Source: Paragordius varius (Eukaryota > Animalia > Nematomorpha). From it: 64,000 nt of DNA. Both the position numbers and the translations under genes were made by a program. Shown here in pieces: positions 52,701-64,000 of the stretch; position 1 is the first letter of the stretch, and every line of letters starts with the position of its first letter. The notes beneath the pieces were generated by a model that saw nothing but the letters and a program-made list of their open reading frames with translations, did no database searches and was not told where the DNA came from. The DNA lies in contig OZ176056.1 of the NCBI GenBank assembly GCA_964247055.1, positions 7,874,001 to 7,938,000 on the forward strand. The letters are read 5' to 3'.

Positions 52701-53814
52701 ATTGCTTAACTGGCAAAATTTTTAATATCAAGTGCATATGACTTTAGATATGAAGTATAACATTTCATAACCTTTTTTGTCCTAGTTTACGTTTTGGGGT
52801 AGTTTTATATCCTAGAAGTCAATTATGTAAATAAACTAGAGTTTTAAAGATATTTTAAACTTTAATTATATATAAAGTTATCTCATGTAGATAAATATAT
52901 AACGGTTTATGACTTTTAGAGTGTAAAATTGGGGCAGCTCCAAAACGATTGATACGAACAGCTGATATTAAATCAAGTTTTTGCTGTAGCTTAAATTTTT
53001 AAGGTTAATTATTAAAATTTTTTAAACATATTATACATTATGGCGAAAAGTTTGAGTTGAGGACAATTTACAATACTTTTTTTAAAAAAAAAATCCTGCA
53101 TATTTTTAAATTCGGCTTAATAGGTAAAATACTTTTCAAGATATTTAAATTTCAAATTCTGGGATATAAAAAAAGGTAATGAATGTTAACATTTCTTCTT
53201 TAAATGAAATCAAATTTTAGATTCTATCAACTCAATCTATTTGATTTTTTTTCGACACCATCTTTTCTTTATTTGAATTGGTAATACAAAAGGAAAATAA
53301 CATGTTTATTATGGTTATAAATTGATTAACTTTAAATAGCTATCTTACTTTTTGGTAGTTGTTGTCGTTTTTGTAGCTAAGACGGGGTCGATTTGCCGCT
53401 ATTTCGTAAGTGTAGTTACACCATAATATACGGTTAGGGATGGCTATCAACTGTTGCATTGATAATTTGGTTTCTTTAAATTATCGATCCAACGCATTGT
53501 AACAATCAATCAACTGTTCGTTCAAATCGGGTTTTGAGTTATCCCAGCAAACCCCAGAAGTTAACTGTATACATAAACTTATCTATTGCATGAGAATTAA
53601 GTATTTTTTATCAAAACCTTTTAATAGAGTTATTTACAATGTTAAGTGTTTTATTCCTTAAAAAATAAAATCGTTCCCAAAACAATGAAATGGTAAACTG
53701 ATAAAATAAAAATATATGGGTAGCTTATTTTCGGAATAGCGGGTTGTCTTAATCGAATTTAAATGTATCCAAATTTCATACTTTATAAATATATTATTTT
53801 AATATACACAGTGT

Positions 53815-54125
53815 AGACAAAATTCTAACGCCACTATTACAAATAAAATTAATCCGGAAATGTCACTACTAGGCAGAGCCTAATACGGGAAAAACTATCC
53901 TTTTTTGGCCACATTATGAGTTCTAACCCACTTGAAAAGTCACTGATGTTGGGAAAAGTGAGTGGTGCTCGTAAAGGGGAAGAAGACGAACTCGTTGGGT
54001 GGATAACATCCTCAAAGGAACCAACCAATCGATATCCAAACTAAACGCTAGATCCGGGTTCGCAATGAATGGAGAAATTTTTTAAGGTTGAGTTAGTCGG
54101 AATCGACCTTAGCAACAACAACAAC
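53815..54125 (+). mobile_element. RTE 3' fragment with (AAC)n tail, present only in the right arm
   Basis: PLEKSLMLGKVSGAR...RTRWVDNI; ends agcaacaacaacaac; flanks join directly in the left arm (~33735-33745). Confidence 0.8.
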
Positions 54126-54999
54126 TAGAAAATGTGGGGAACAAACATTATCTAAATGAATTATATATACTCTGATAGATAGAAAAATGTATCAAAATTA
54201 TCATTGTGTGTTGATTTTGGGCTTTAGGATTCAAGTTAATACTACTTTTGTGGGTAGCTGCTAACAAAAAGTGACTAAGCGCACATTATTAAATAAAAAA
54301 TTTTTTAGCAAATGCTAGATGGTTCATACCAAATTTAATTTTTTCTCAGAATAATTTATATCAAATTTAAAGTTTTGGCCGTAGTTTCAGAAAGATTTAG
54401 GCCCTCTCTTAAACGGGTTGTTTTTTAAAAATAAATGCAAAAATGCCGTGGCGGAATAAGTTATAACATATGCCAGATTATGAAATAAAATATAATTGAA
54501 AATTTGATTCCTTCATTTTGAAGCATGTAGGAAGGGTATAAAAACAATTTAAGCACGTTTTTTATTCACTATGATGCTCAACATTCCAAGTTTGATGAAA
54601 GGGTATGTTTTATGGTAAATTTTTGCAAAACATTCTACTCTTAATATAATATTTTTAATGAAATGTTAATATTTTTATCAATAAATTAATGCTATTTTTT
54701 CAGTTATGCACTTTGATTTGGTAATAAAAGTATGACGAGGACAGTGTTATAATAATATGTAAATAACATGTTTTGGAAATATGCATTGGGTACATTTATT
54801 ATTGATATTTCTGTTATTTGTCTAACCTAAAATGATTTTACGAATTGTTAAAGTAGAAAATAACTAAATGCCCCAAACTATATGTTATCAATAATATTTA
54901 TTTAATATTTTATAATGGTTTGTAAATATTTTTTTTAAATACAGTCTATATAAACCAAGATTTTTTTTATATAATATATATTTTTTAGTTTTCCAAGTT

Positions 55000-57320
55000 A
55001 TGTTTTTACCAATTATTTTACTTCTATTTGGATGCCAAAGTGTATTAGCCCAAAAACTTCCAGCTCCCAAAGATCTTACGGTTAGGTTTCACAAACAATT
55101 TTACAATCAACTAGTGGATGAGTACAAAGGAAACGCTAACATAACTGTCAATTTTGCTTATAAAACTTTTTCTTACAAAAACGTCAATTATACCCAATTC
55201 ATTGATCAAGGAATAACACCTAAACTTAACCTGGTTGATGGCCCTTATTCCGTTTCTCGAAATGGCATCATAATAAGGCATGGAAATATCTCTATAGATG
55301 GTAATTTTATTAGAAAATTGTTCTGTGAATTAGTAAGCGTTAATGTTGATCAAACACAAATATCTCGCTTTTGAAATGGCTGTAAATTTTACATCTTGCT
55401 CTTGATTTTAATACACATAAATGGTAATATAAAATATATAAATATGTCAATATTAAGGCCTTCATTAGCTTTATATCACCTAATATTAATTTGTATATGT
55501 TAAGCGTATTTACACTTTACTATACAAATTGTTAATTTTATTTAACTAGAACATGCTCACACAAGGTGGATACAAATAAATCATGTTTCAGAGCGGGAAA
55601 TCGATTTGGATGATTATTGGCAAATGGATAATGAAAAACAGACTCCTCTCAACATTCAACTAATTGCGAATAATGGAAAACCAGTTCCATTCAAAGTGAC
55701 AAACAAAACAATATTAATATTTACCCTAGTCGGGGTTTACGATAATGCTGGATACTTAAACATAACAATAAATGGCAAAAAACTCAAAGTGTTCATCGAC
55801 GTAAGTAATTGGTTAACTTCTTATGTGGCTTACCGAGGGCAATATTATTTTCACCAAGATTGTGCAACTTTGTTTGAAGACAAAAATTTGGCCAAAAATT
55901 GTCAATTTCTTTTGAAGGGTGATGATGGTTCAATTTTACAAAGATCCAACTATTCAATTCAAATCAATAAAACTGTGACCAGAGAAACCAAATTGCACCT
56001 CTACGTGAATGATTTACATTATTTGACAACAATTATAAAACCAATCGGTAAATCCTTTTTGTATTTAATTTAAATTCTTGATTATATCCAAATTAATATA
56101 TTTATAGAAATACGGGACACAGATGAAATTAGTTCTGCAATGGATAAGATTGTGACATGTAAGTTTAAATAATTATTATTATTATAGATAACATATGGTG
56201 TGAGGCAAATTTTCAATATTGCGGTATTAACTGTTTGATCAGAAATTGTTTAAAGGGCTTTGAATAATATTTTTATTTTATACTTTGGACACGTGTACAA
56301 TAATAAACGAATCCAATTGACTATCAAGTTGGTGTATTTTATAAGCAATACATTAAATAATAAACAAAATGGCGAATCTATATAATGGGTTTTTTTGTTT
56401 TGGAGCTTTTTAGTCGCTTAGGAAAGTATTAAAAAGCGTTTTTTTCAGCATTCTTCATATTTTTCCGCGCTATAGCATTTAACATCTGAGCTAGAATGTA
56501 AATTTCAATATTTTTAAATTATAATTAAAACCGCCATTTATCAAAATATGGCATTTGTTGCACCAAAAATCTCCATCTGGTCATATAAAAATTGAACACT
56601 TTTTTTAGAAACAATTATATTGATTTAGCAAATTATAATATATATCTATCCATCATAAAAAAAAATACTGCACATATTTTTATAGCCAAAAGTGTGAGGC
56701 GTTATTATACTTGTGAAGAAATCGTAAGTTTCTCAACACTAGACTGGGATGTTGGGGAAACTGAGTTTTTGGGGTCTTCATTAGAATATTTAACCAAATT
56801 AGATGCTTACATGGTCAAAAATGAAATGGTAATAACTGGTCCTAAATCAGAAATATCCAAACACAGCATGCTTTATCTCAAAAAGGCAAATTTTATCCAC
56901 AAGATCAATTGGAACCACAAGAATGCAACACTAATTCTAAAAGTAATTTTCTTAAGACGTATAAGGCCCAGAGGTTTATGATAATATTACCTAAAAACTG
57001 TAAAAATTATAAGATTATATCGCTTTTTCCAATATATCTTAAATACAACTCTTAAGGTGAATATTTTATTTCCATGTTATAATATATTTACTATTAGATA
57101 TTGAATGGAACAATAGTGTAAGCACATGGGATCAAATTAAATCCTACTATTACCATATCAATATAGCACGAGAATGACAGTGTATAATGCCAAATTGAAT
57201 TACCAATCGACATTTCAATGTGGAGCCGATTCTTGCAGAAATTTGTATCTGTCAACTGGAGATCGTGTCGAAATCATTAATAATCAATATATATTATATG
57301 TTAGACCAATGAATTACTAA
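55000..57320 (+). pseudogene. Unknown secreted glycoprotein, copy R (exons 55000-55300, 55550-56047, 56108-56158, 56188-56223, 56686-56942, 57098-57320); two 1-nt deletions
   Basis: All splice sites GT-AG; 87/100 aa identical to copy L in exon 1; aagatc-aattgg (~56907) and tcctac-tatta (~57148) each lack one base relative to copy L. Confidence 0.75.
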
Positions 57321-57472
57321 AACTTTATCAATTATGTTTTCATTATTAATTGAACTTAAATTAAATTTAGTTATTATCCAATCAAAAACAATATTATATG
57401 GATTAATGTGATGATTTAAATCAGTAGGTTATAATAAATGTTTATTTTATTGATGTTGATTCCAAAAGTTAA

Positions 57473-57875
57473 TCTAAATATTTATAAAAATGGAAAGTGG
57501 TGGCTTTGTGATCTGTTTTGGGAAAACCGATAGACCCATTCAAATCCAAATGTCGAAATAAAAATAATCATTAATGGATGCCCCGACAATAGCTTCGCCC
57601 TTTTTTTGAGTTAGGCCCCCAGTTCAGGCCCACTCCGTGTAAAAAACGGGTATAAGCCCACAAAAATCGTGTCTTCGAGACAATTTTCCGGAAAACGTGT
57701 TGGACCATTCGATTATAAATATGATTCTTTTACTTATTGATTGCGCCGAACATAGTCGGCTCGCTTTTTTATTTTGAACCCTCTTTATACCCCTTCCCCC
57801 GTAAAATGCCACTTTTTAAATTAATTAAGTCTTCAAAAATAATTTTTTATATCTAATTTTCGCCCAAGGTATGAG
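57473..57875 (+). mobile_element. Helitron 5' fragment, copy 3
   Basis: A|TCTAAATATTTATAAAAATGG; matches 43347-43750. Confidence 0.85.
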
Positions 57876-57959
57876 ACCATATAGTCGAGTGTTTCTTTTA
57901 TATTGGCTGCCGGGTAAGGAGATATTTCTTAAATAGCGATTAATAACTGCATACATAAT

Positions 57960-58240
57960 AGTTCCACATTCTTATTACCTTGATTAAAAACTCATCGATT
58001 CAAATAATAGGCTGAGATCTGATCCTTGTAAAGAGAAATTCCATCCAAAGATTTCACAATATCTATCAAATGACCCTTTATCTTCTCCAAATATTTTTCA
58101 TAACCTTCTCACTAAATGGATTGAATCGTAGTCTTTTCACGCATAAATCCAAAGTGGTCATTCTCTATGTTTACTACATCCGGGAAGGTCTATTTGGGTG
58201 AAGAAAATTGCTGCCTCGTGCAACCTTGGGAAAAAAGCAG
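57960..58240 (-). pseudogene. RTE RT fragment
   Basis: NDHFGFMREKTTIQSI..VRRL, a decayed QFGF..ST.DAI motif. Confidence 0.5.
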
Positions 58241-59770
58241 GTTTTAAGAATTTCATTCAAAAAATACACGAAAATATATCTCAAACTACAATAAAAAGCA
58301 AATTAATATTTTTAAAAATTTAACTTTTTAATATGGGCCATTATATTAAAAAAACACTAAAATGCCGTTACTGGATAAAAAATTGGACTATGCGCTAAAT
58401 TTTGATATCATCTAAATTATTTTTAAATGCAATTTCAAAAATAAAATTTTTAACAAACATATTGAAGTGTCTTCATATTTTTAAACATGATAGAAACATA
58501 TCGCTTTTAGATATTATAAAAATATTTGTAAATTTTTCAATGATTTAATGCTAAACATTTCTACCGCCTCATAATTTTGATTAAAATAATCGTTCGTCTT
58601 CAAATTTATATTATATAAAAATTGTTTTTTTAACAAAGATATCTCAAAATCAAAAATCAAAAAAGTCTGAAGAAGCGATTCAGTGTCATCGAATTATATA
58701 GAAAAGTTTATTATATATCTTAAACCGTTTTTAGAGCATTTCGATTATGCAAAATAGTATGAAGTTCGCTTGAACAACATTTTTAATATTTTTGGTTGAT
58801 ATCAAAGTTTAGAAAAAATCCAGGCATTTTCGCATTTATTTTGAGATAACTAGCCCATTTTAGAAGAGCGAAATAAATTGGAACTTTGTGAGCCAGCATC
58901 CAAAAATTGAATTATTGAAAAATATAGTTTTGCTTTTCATATTTGTATTATAGTGATATTGCAATGAATCATATAGCTCTACTAAATAATTATTTAAAAA
59001 AATATGTGCAAGTTTTGCCATTTTTCGATATGGATCAGTTACAAAAGTGATATTCTCATATCACCCGTAAGGGCCCAAACAATAGCAACATGATATTCGG
59101 GAACATTTTTCTATCAGAATACATATATTATATATATATTTCATCAGGATATTTTTTTATCTTCGATTTCGGGCGCAGCGTATATTACAATATAAAGCTC
59201 TACCACTGTGGTTCAAATGTTTACATAGGTGCGTTTGTCAACATCAGTAGCCTATACTCTAACATGCCTGGCATAATTTTTAATATATTCAAATTTTAAC
59301 TCCCTGTAGGTATATAAAACTACTACAAAAGGTCATGAAGTGCCAATTATCTTTAGCCGCTTTCCGGTTTCTTTATGTTCAAAAATTTTATACATAAAAT
59401 ATTAGCATGTATAAAGGTATATATAATGCTAAGTGGATCTCATATTTTAGCCCTACGCATATCTTGGGGCCGAACTATATAATACTGATAAAAAAAATTT
59501 AATTAGAAACACTAGCAGATATTTATAGTCAAAATAAATAATTCAGGGCCATAATAAAGCGCCTTTAGAGCACGATTTGAGTACCACTCATCCTGCTCAG
59601 TAAGGAACAAACATGCGCTGTTTGCATCAGATCTGCGCTTAAAAATATGTTTTTGAACTGGTCTAGGCTATAAAAATTAGTGTAGAAATAACTTTATACA
59701 ATTTAATTATATGTCGAGGAATTAAGTTTAATAACATTATTTTTGTTTTCTGTATCAATTATTATTTGTG

Positions 59771-60627
59771 TTAAGGACGGAAAGTTATCATTATATTTAT
59801 AAAACGAGGCTTTTTTTTAATGATAAAATCACAAGGAAATGCAGAGGATCCATTTCTTTCCGAATCTATATACTCAATGTTAAAATGATTTTGTTCCCTA
59901 ATCCACCAGTCGAATATACGTAAAACAACGTAAAATCGGAATTGATCTGGCGTTTGGATAAGACCTGTACGATACTTACGCATTTCGCATAAAAGGAGCG
60001 GAATATTTACATCATTAAGCCGTTCAATGTTAATTTGTCTCTTGATTATATAATCTATCAGGGAATATGTATCGTCATGGCTTACTGATGTAAAATTTTC
60101 ACTCCTTTTTTCCGGTAATGAGTCAATAGAGGTATCTTTTTCGTAAAATGTATGATCAATATTTTCACGTAATGAATTTTTGCCTTGTCGTTCTTATAAA
60201 CATATATCAATGATGATCAAATGAAGAACACAGTCTATAAGGCAAAATATGCCCGTTCGTCTAATACCAGCACTACAGTGTATAAAGATTGGGGAGAGTT
60301 CACTATTTGTTATTTTATTTTGGGTTTGTTAAATACGTTATCATTTATATCAAATGTTTGTGACGTGGGTATACATTTTTTCTAGTTTTTTGTTTGGATA
60401 GTTTTATAAGGGTTTCTTTTGTTACAACAGTAGAGAATTGAAAATGATCATGGGTGCTTTGCAAATCATTATTATAAAAATTAACGACAATGCCATTATT
60501 TCAATGAGATTCATTCTAATTTTAATGCCCTCAGAATCCTTATCGAGTAATAATTGTTGTGCCCAAATCTGCCTGTTTTCTTAACTATCGCCATAAATTG
60601 TATGAAAGAATCGGGATCACGAGGAAC
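59771..60627 (-). pseudogene. PTP1B/TC-PTP-like protein tyrosine phosphatase, C-terminal half, disrupted
   Basis: ttttcccacag|VPRDPDSFIQFMAIVKKTG; PIFIHCSAGIRRTGIFCLIDCVLHL; VNIPLLLCEMRKYRTGLIQTPDQFRFY; in-frame TAA at 60196-60194; stops and frameshifts in the insert at 60300-60540. Confidence 0.8.
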
Positions 60628-61329
60628 CTGTGGGAAAATGACATTCTGGAAAGCAATGTTGGAGCCCTGATATTTGAACAGGGCTGGACCAATCTTCGGC
60701 ATTTATGTGGCCGAAGTTGAGATTAAATTCAAAACAGGGTTAACGGTTATTTATCATGGGTTAGCGTCCCAGTTAAAGGTATAGCTGAAACATAGTCGCA
60801 CGAAGAGACAACGCTGACACTCATGTCTAATATCTCCAAAATTGGTCTACCTTACGCCCTACCCATTAAGAAGCAAATAAAGACACCTTTTAAACCAAAG
60901 ATAAGATATTAAAATAAAGTCGTCATTGACTCGACATAGACCTTTGACATTATATTGAGGAGTAAGGACCATACTGTTTGTACGGTTATTTTAAAATATT
61001 GTTTTTACATGCCTAACATGGCAAAATTAACTTTTCGTTATATATATATATATAGCTTATTAACCATACTAACTTACAATCACCTAACATAATGATATAG
61101 ATACCATCATCAAACCCAACCTCTGATGTGTTTCCCCCTGAAACTCTGAGCGTTAGGGGTAGATAGGGAATGCATTGAAGGCGTGGTGGACGACTTGTTC
61201 ATTTTTTAGACTCATCGAAATGCCATAATTTTTAACAAATTTAATTTAAAAAAACCCGTTTTCTAACAAACTAAAATTTATATTTATTTATATAGTGGGA
61301 AAAATATAAAAAATATCTATTAACCAAAT

Positions 61330-62570
61330 CAAAATTTGATTGGGATTGTGCACCTGTGTGGAGTGCTAACCCTTATTCCATAGCATCTTTAAAACGTAAT
61401 TCATCGGGAGATATTTTTAACCCAGAATGAACAGATGTGGTTTCTACAGAAGAACTTTCTGGGGACTTCTGGCGTTATGATGATCCTGGCAAAGACTAAT
61501 ACTAGAAATATACATAGCAATTTAAATCCTTTTCGCATCGTTAAATTGAAGAATTTATATAATATATATAATTATGTGAGACAATTTAATATAAATGGCA
61601 AAATCCAAAAAACAAACTCTTTTTATACCATGTGGACATGTAATAAAATTTTGAATAAATTATAAGAAAAAAGGTTCATTGAAATATAATTTATAAGGGA
61701 TAATTTATGTGAAAAGTCTAATCTCAACCTCACATAAAAAGGATTTAGGCATTATATCAAACTGCTTATGTGTCAATTTTAGCTACAGGAATAGAATTAA
61801 TTGTAGAGACAATTAATATATATTGTAATAAATAATGTTTCAAGGAAAACTCAATTTGCTTAATTTAGTATATTTTACGGAAATTGAGATTATTTTTAGA
61901 AGAGGTAAATAGCATAATATTGTTCGTAAAATGTTATTTCGCAAACATATTTAAAAATGCACATTATATATATATAACTGGCAGGCTGGTTTCTCAAGGA
62001 TAACAGAACCGAGCCTATGGAAAGGTTTTAATTGAGTCATTATTAAATATTAGTTATTGAATGGGTTTTTTTAAAAGATTGGACCCAAATTGATTTTTAA
62101 TTACTAATAAGTTAAGTTATGAAGTCCAGAAAAAGGATCTTGGGAGAAATTTTTCATCCAATATGTAAACTAAAGTATTACTTTAGTTACTCTATCATGT
62201 TATAAGGTTGAGTAAGTTCGACCATTGAAAACGATGATGAAAAGAGAGTATTCATATTTACTGCTGGAGGAAAATATTTGGTATAACATGAAAGGATAAA
62301 GTGAAAAACATCGATTTTGCGAAAATCAACAGACTAATAACGCTATATGATAAAATAACCAAACAAAAATTTGGGTACTTTGAACACATAATTCAAGGAT
62401 ATTCTTTGGAAAAGATATAAAGTTAAGAAAAGTAAACGGCAAGAGAGGAAGAGGCTCAAGGGGTAATTATTGGATGGAGAAAAATTTATCACTTTCCAAA
62501 ATATCCCCACAAAAACCATCTCTAAAAGCCCATGACAGAACCGAGTGGAGGAAGTTTTCCTATAAAATCA
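61330..62570 (+). mobile_element. Old RTE LINE 3' remnant
   Basis: RRKIFGIT*KDKV, KFGYFEHII, SLEKDI, KVNGKRGRG; inverted homologue at 13760-14960. Confidence 0.7.
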
Positions 62571-62583
62571 TTAAGTTCCCAAC

Positions 62584-64000
62584 TAGGGTTGTGCCCATTA
62601 GTCAATGTCCTAGGGTCATGACCTAGGTCAATTTTTTTATTTTTTTAATTTTACAATTATTAGGAAAATAAAATCTTATATTATTTATTGTATTATTTTG
62701 TTTTAAATATCATATGATACACTATTTTTCTTTACTTCATAAATCATCAGCCTTGTGAAAATTTTTCGATGAAAAAAATCAAGTTACATGCAAGAAATGC
62801 AATTACACTATATATTTAAATAATAATGAAGAAACATTTAAAATAAGTTCATGAAATAAATTATATGACAGAAGGTGATGGAAAGCAAGCTAAATATTTA
62901 ATTTCCTAAGTTTAGTCTTAAAAATTTCTGTATTCAATAAGAAATTAGCCAGAAACATTCAGCAAAAATTATTTTTACATCCTCAACTCTTAACATATTT
63001 GAAAATAAACATTTTTGGAGTTTCATTCATAGTTTAAACCGAATTATGCTATTTCAAATAGAAAACAAATTTCGGTTTACTAGATTTATGTTATGAAGAT
63101 ATAAAATTAGAATTGATGAAGTATGTAAAAATAATATTTCATTAATTGTCGATTCCTTTACCAATGTTCAGGGATCAAATAATATTTATATTAGCCAAGG
63201 ATCCCAAAAATCATTTTTTAAGTCTATTGACACATCTTATCATAGTAAGGCTGCCAATTATATCTATAACATAATGGAACCAATTATAAAAGATATTGGA
63301 AATTTAAATTTAACGCAATTTTGACCGATAATGCAGCGAACATGAAGGCTGGAATTTAATTAATAAAGAATATCCTAATATTATGGCATGGATGTCAATG
63401 TCATATTATAAATAATTTGATCAAAGAATATTAAACTTAATAAGATTACTGAAATTTTAAATGTAGTGCGCATGATTGTAGATTGCATTAAATCTAATAA
63501 ATCGTATCAAAAACTCCAAAGTATAAAAAAAACTTTGAACCATCCTAAGTTAACGTTATGTTCATGGACAGTGACTCGTTTTTACACGACCAAAACTCTT
63601 AATAGCTTTGTTAATGGAAAGTTAGTATTCAACAAATGACTATCGATCCTCTATGGCGTAACTTTTTGATGCCCAAAGATAATAAACATTATATAAACTT
63701 TCTTCTTGACGTTGAAGATAATTTTTAGCTTTCTGTGGTCGAAATATTAAGCTTTTTTAATTTTTACCGATGCTATAGACTGATACTTCCTTTATAACAA
63801 AATATATGATACATGGAAGAAATGTGAAACTCTGTTTAAGGAAAATACTTTTAGAGATCAGATAGATGAATCTGTATAATATTTTAAGAAGCGTAAAGAG
63901 CAAGCGACAACGGATTTAGTTTTCTTGGCTCATTTGTTATGTCGGAAAAAGATTTGAATAGCGAGGAAACTACAAAAGCACTTGATTCTCTAAAAGGTAT
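62584..64000 (+). mobile_element. Degenerate hAT transposon running off the window
   Basis: TAGGGTTGTG terminus with a GGTCATGACC motif; NIFENKHFW, NYAISNRKQIS, NAILTDNAANMKAG, GCQCHIINNLIK. Confidence 0.75.

Larger units (their letters stand above)
50640..57470. repeat. Right arm of the inverted duplication (51490-57470) plus extension matching 1800-3110
   Basis: Reverse complement of 29960-36090 and of 1-3110. Confidence 0.9.

Noticed and set aside
55801-55806. GTAAGT donor-like sites inside exons 2 and 5 (also 56724)
   Set aside because: Frames stay open and protein-conserved in both copies downstream; the AG after 56724 is missing in copy L. Alternative use is not excluded.
58664-58700. 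CTGAAGA possible hammerhead core (also 35752, 17449 minus, 62744 minus)
   Set aside because: No G10.1-C11.1 stem II followed by GAAA, and no cleavage triplet.
60194-60196. Stop-codon reassignment or a 9-nt intron to rescue the PTP frame
   Set aside because: TAA terminates other genes here; a 9-nt intron is implausible and a 39-nt one would delete a conserved helix.

Overview
Very AT-rich eukaryotic (animal-like) DNA, almost entirely a mosaic of nested, mostly decayed transposons: RTE LINEs, a Mag-type Ty3/Gypsy element, two Penelope-like remnants, several hAT families, IS630-Tc1-mariner relics, MITEs, a satellite-bearing non-autonomous Helitron family and a 3.8-kb foldback palindrome. Host genes are few. 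An unrecognised six-exon secreted-glycoprotein gene occurs as two divergently oriented copies inside ~6-kb inverted segmental arms (~29960-36090 and ~51490-57470), with a third copy predicted just left of the window. There is also a disrupted PTP1B/TC-PTP-like phosphatase. The best non-coding signal is a complete type I hammerhead ribozyme (37875-37962, minus) in a Penelope-like 3' end. A second, non-canonical hammerhead-like motif (U3/A8 covariant core) lies in both inverted terminal repeats of another Penelope remnant. All alignments, translations and folds were done by eye; no database search or folding program was run, and boundaries of old remnants are approximate.
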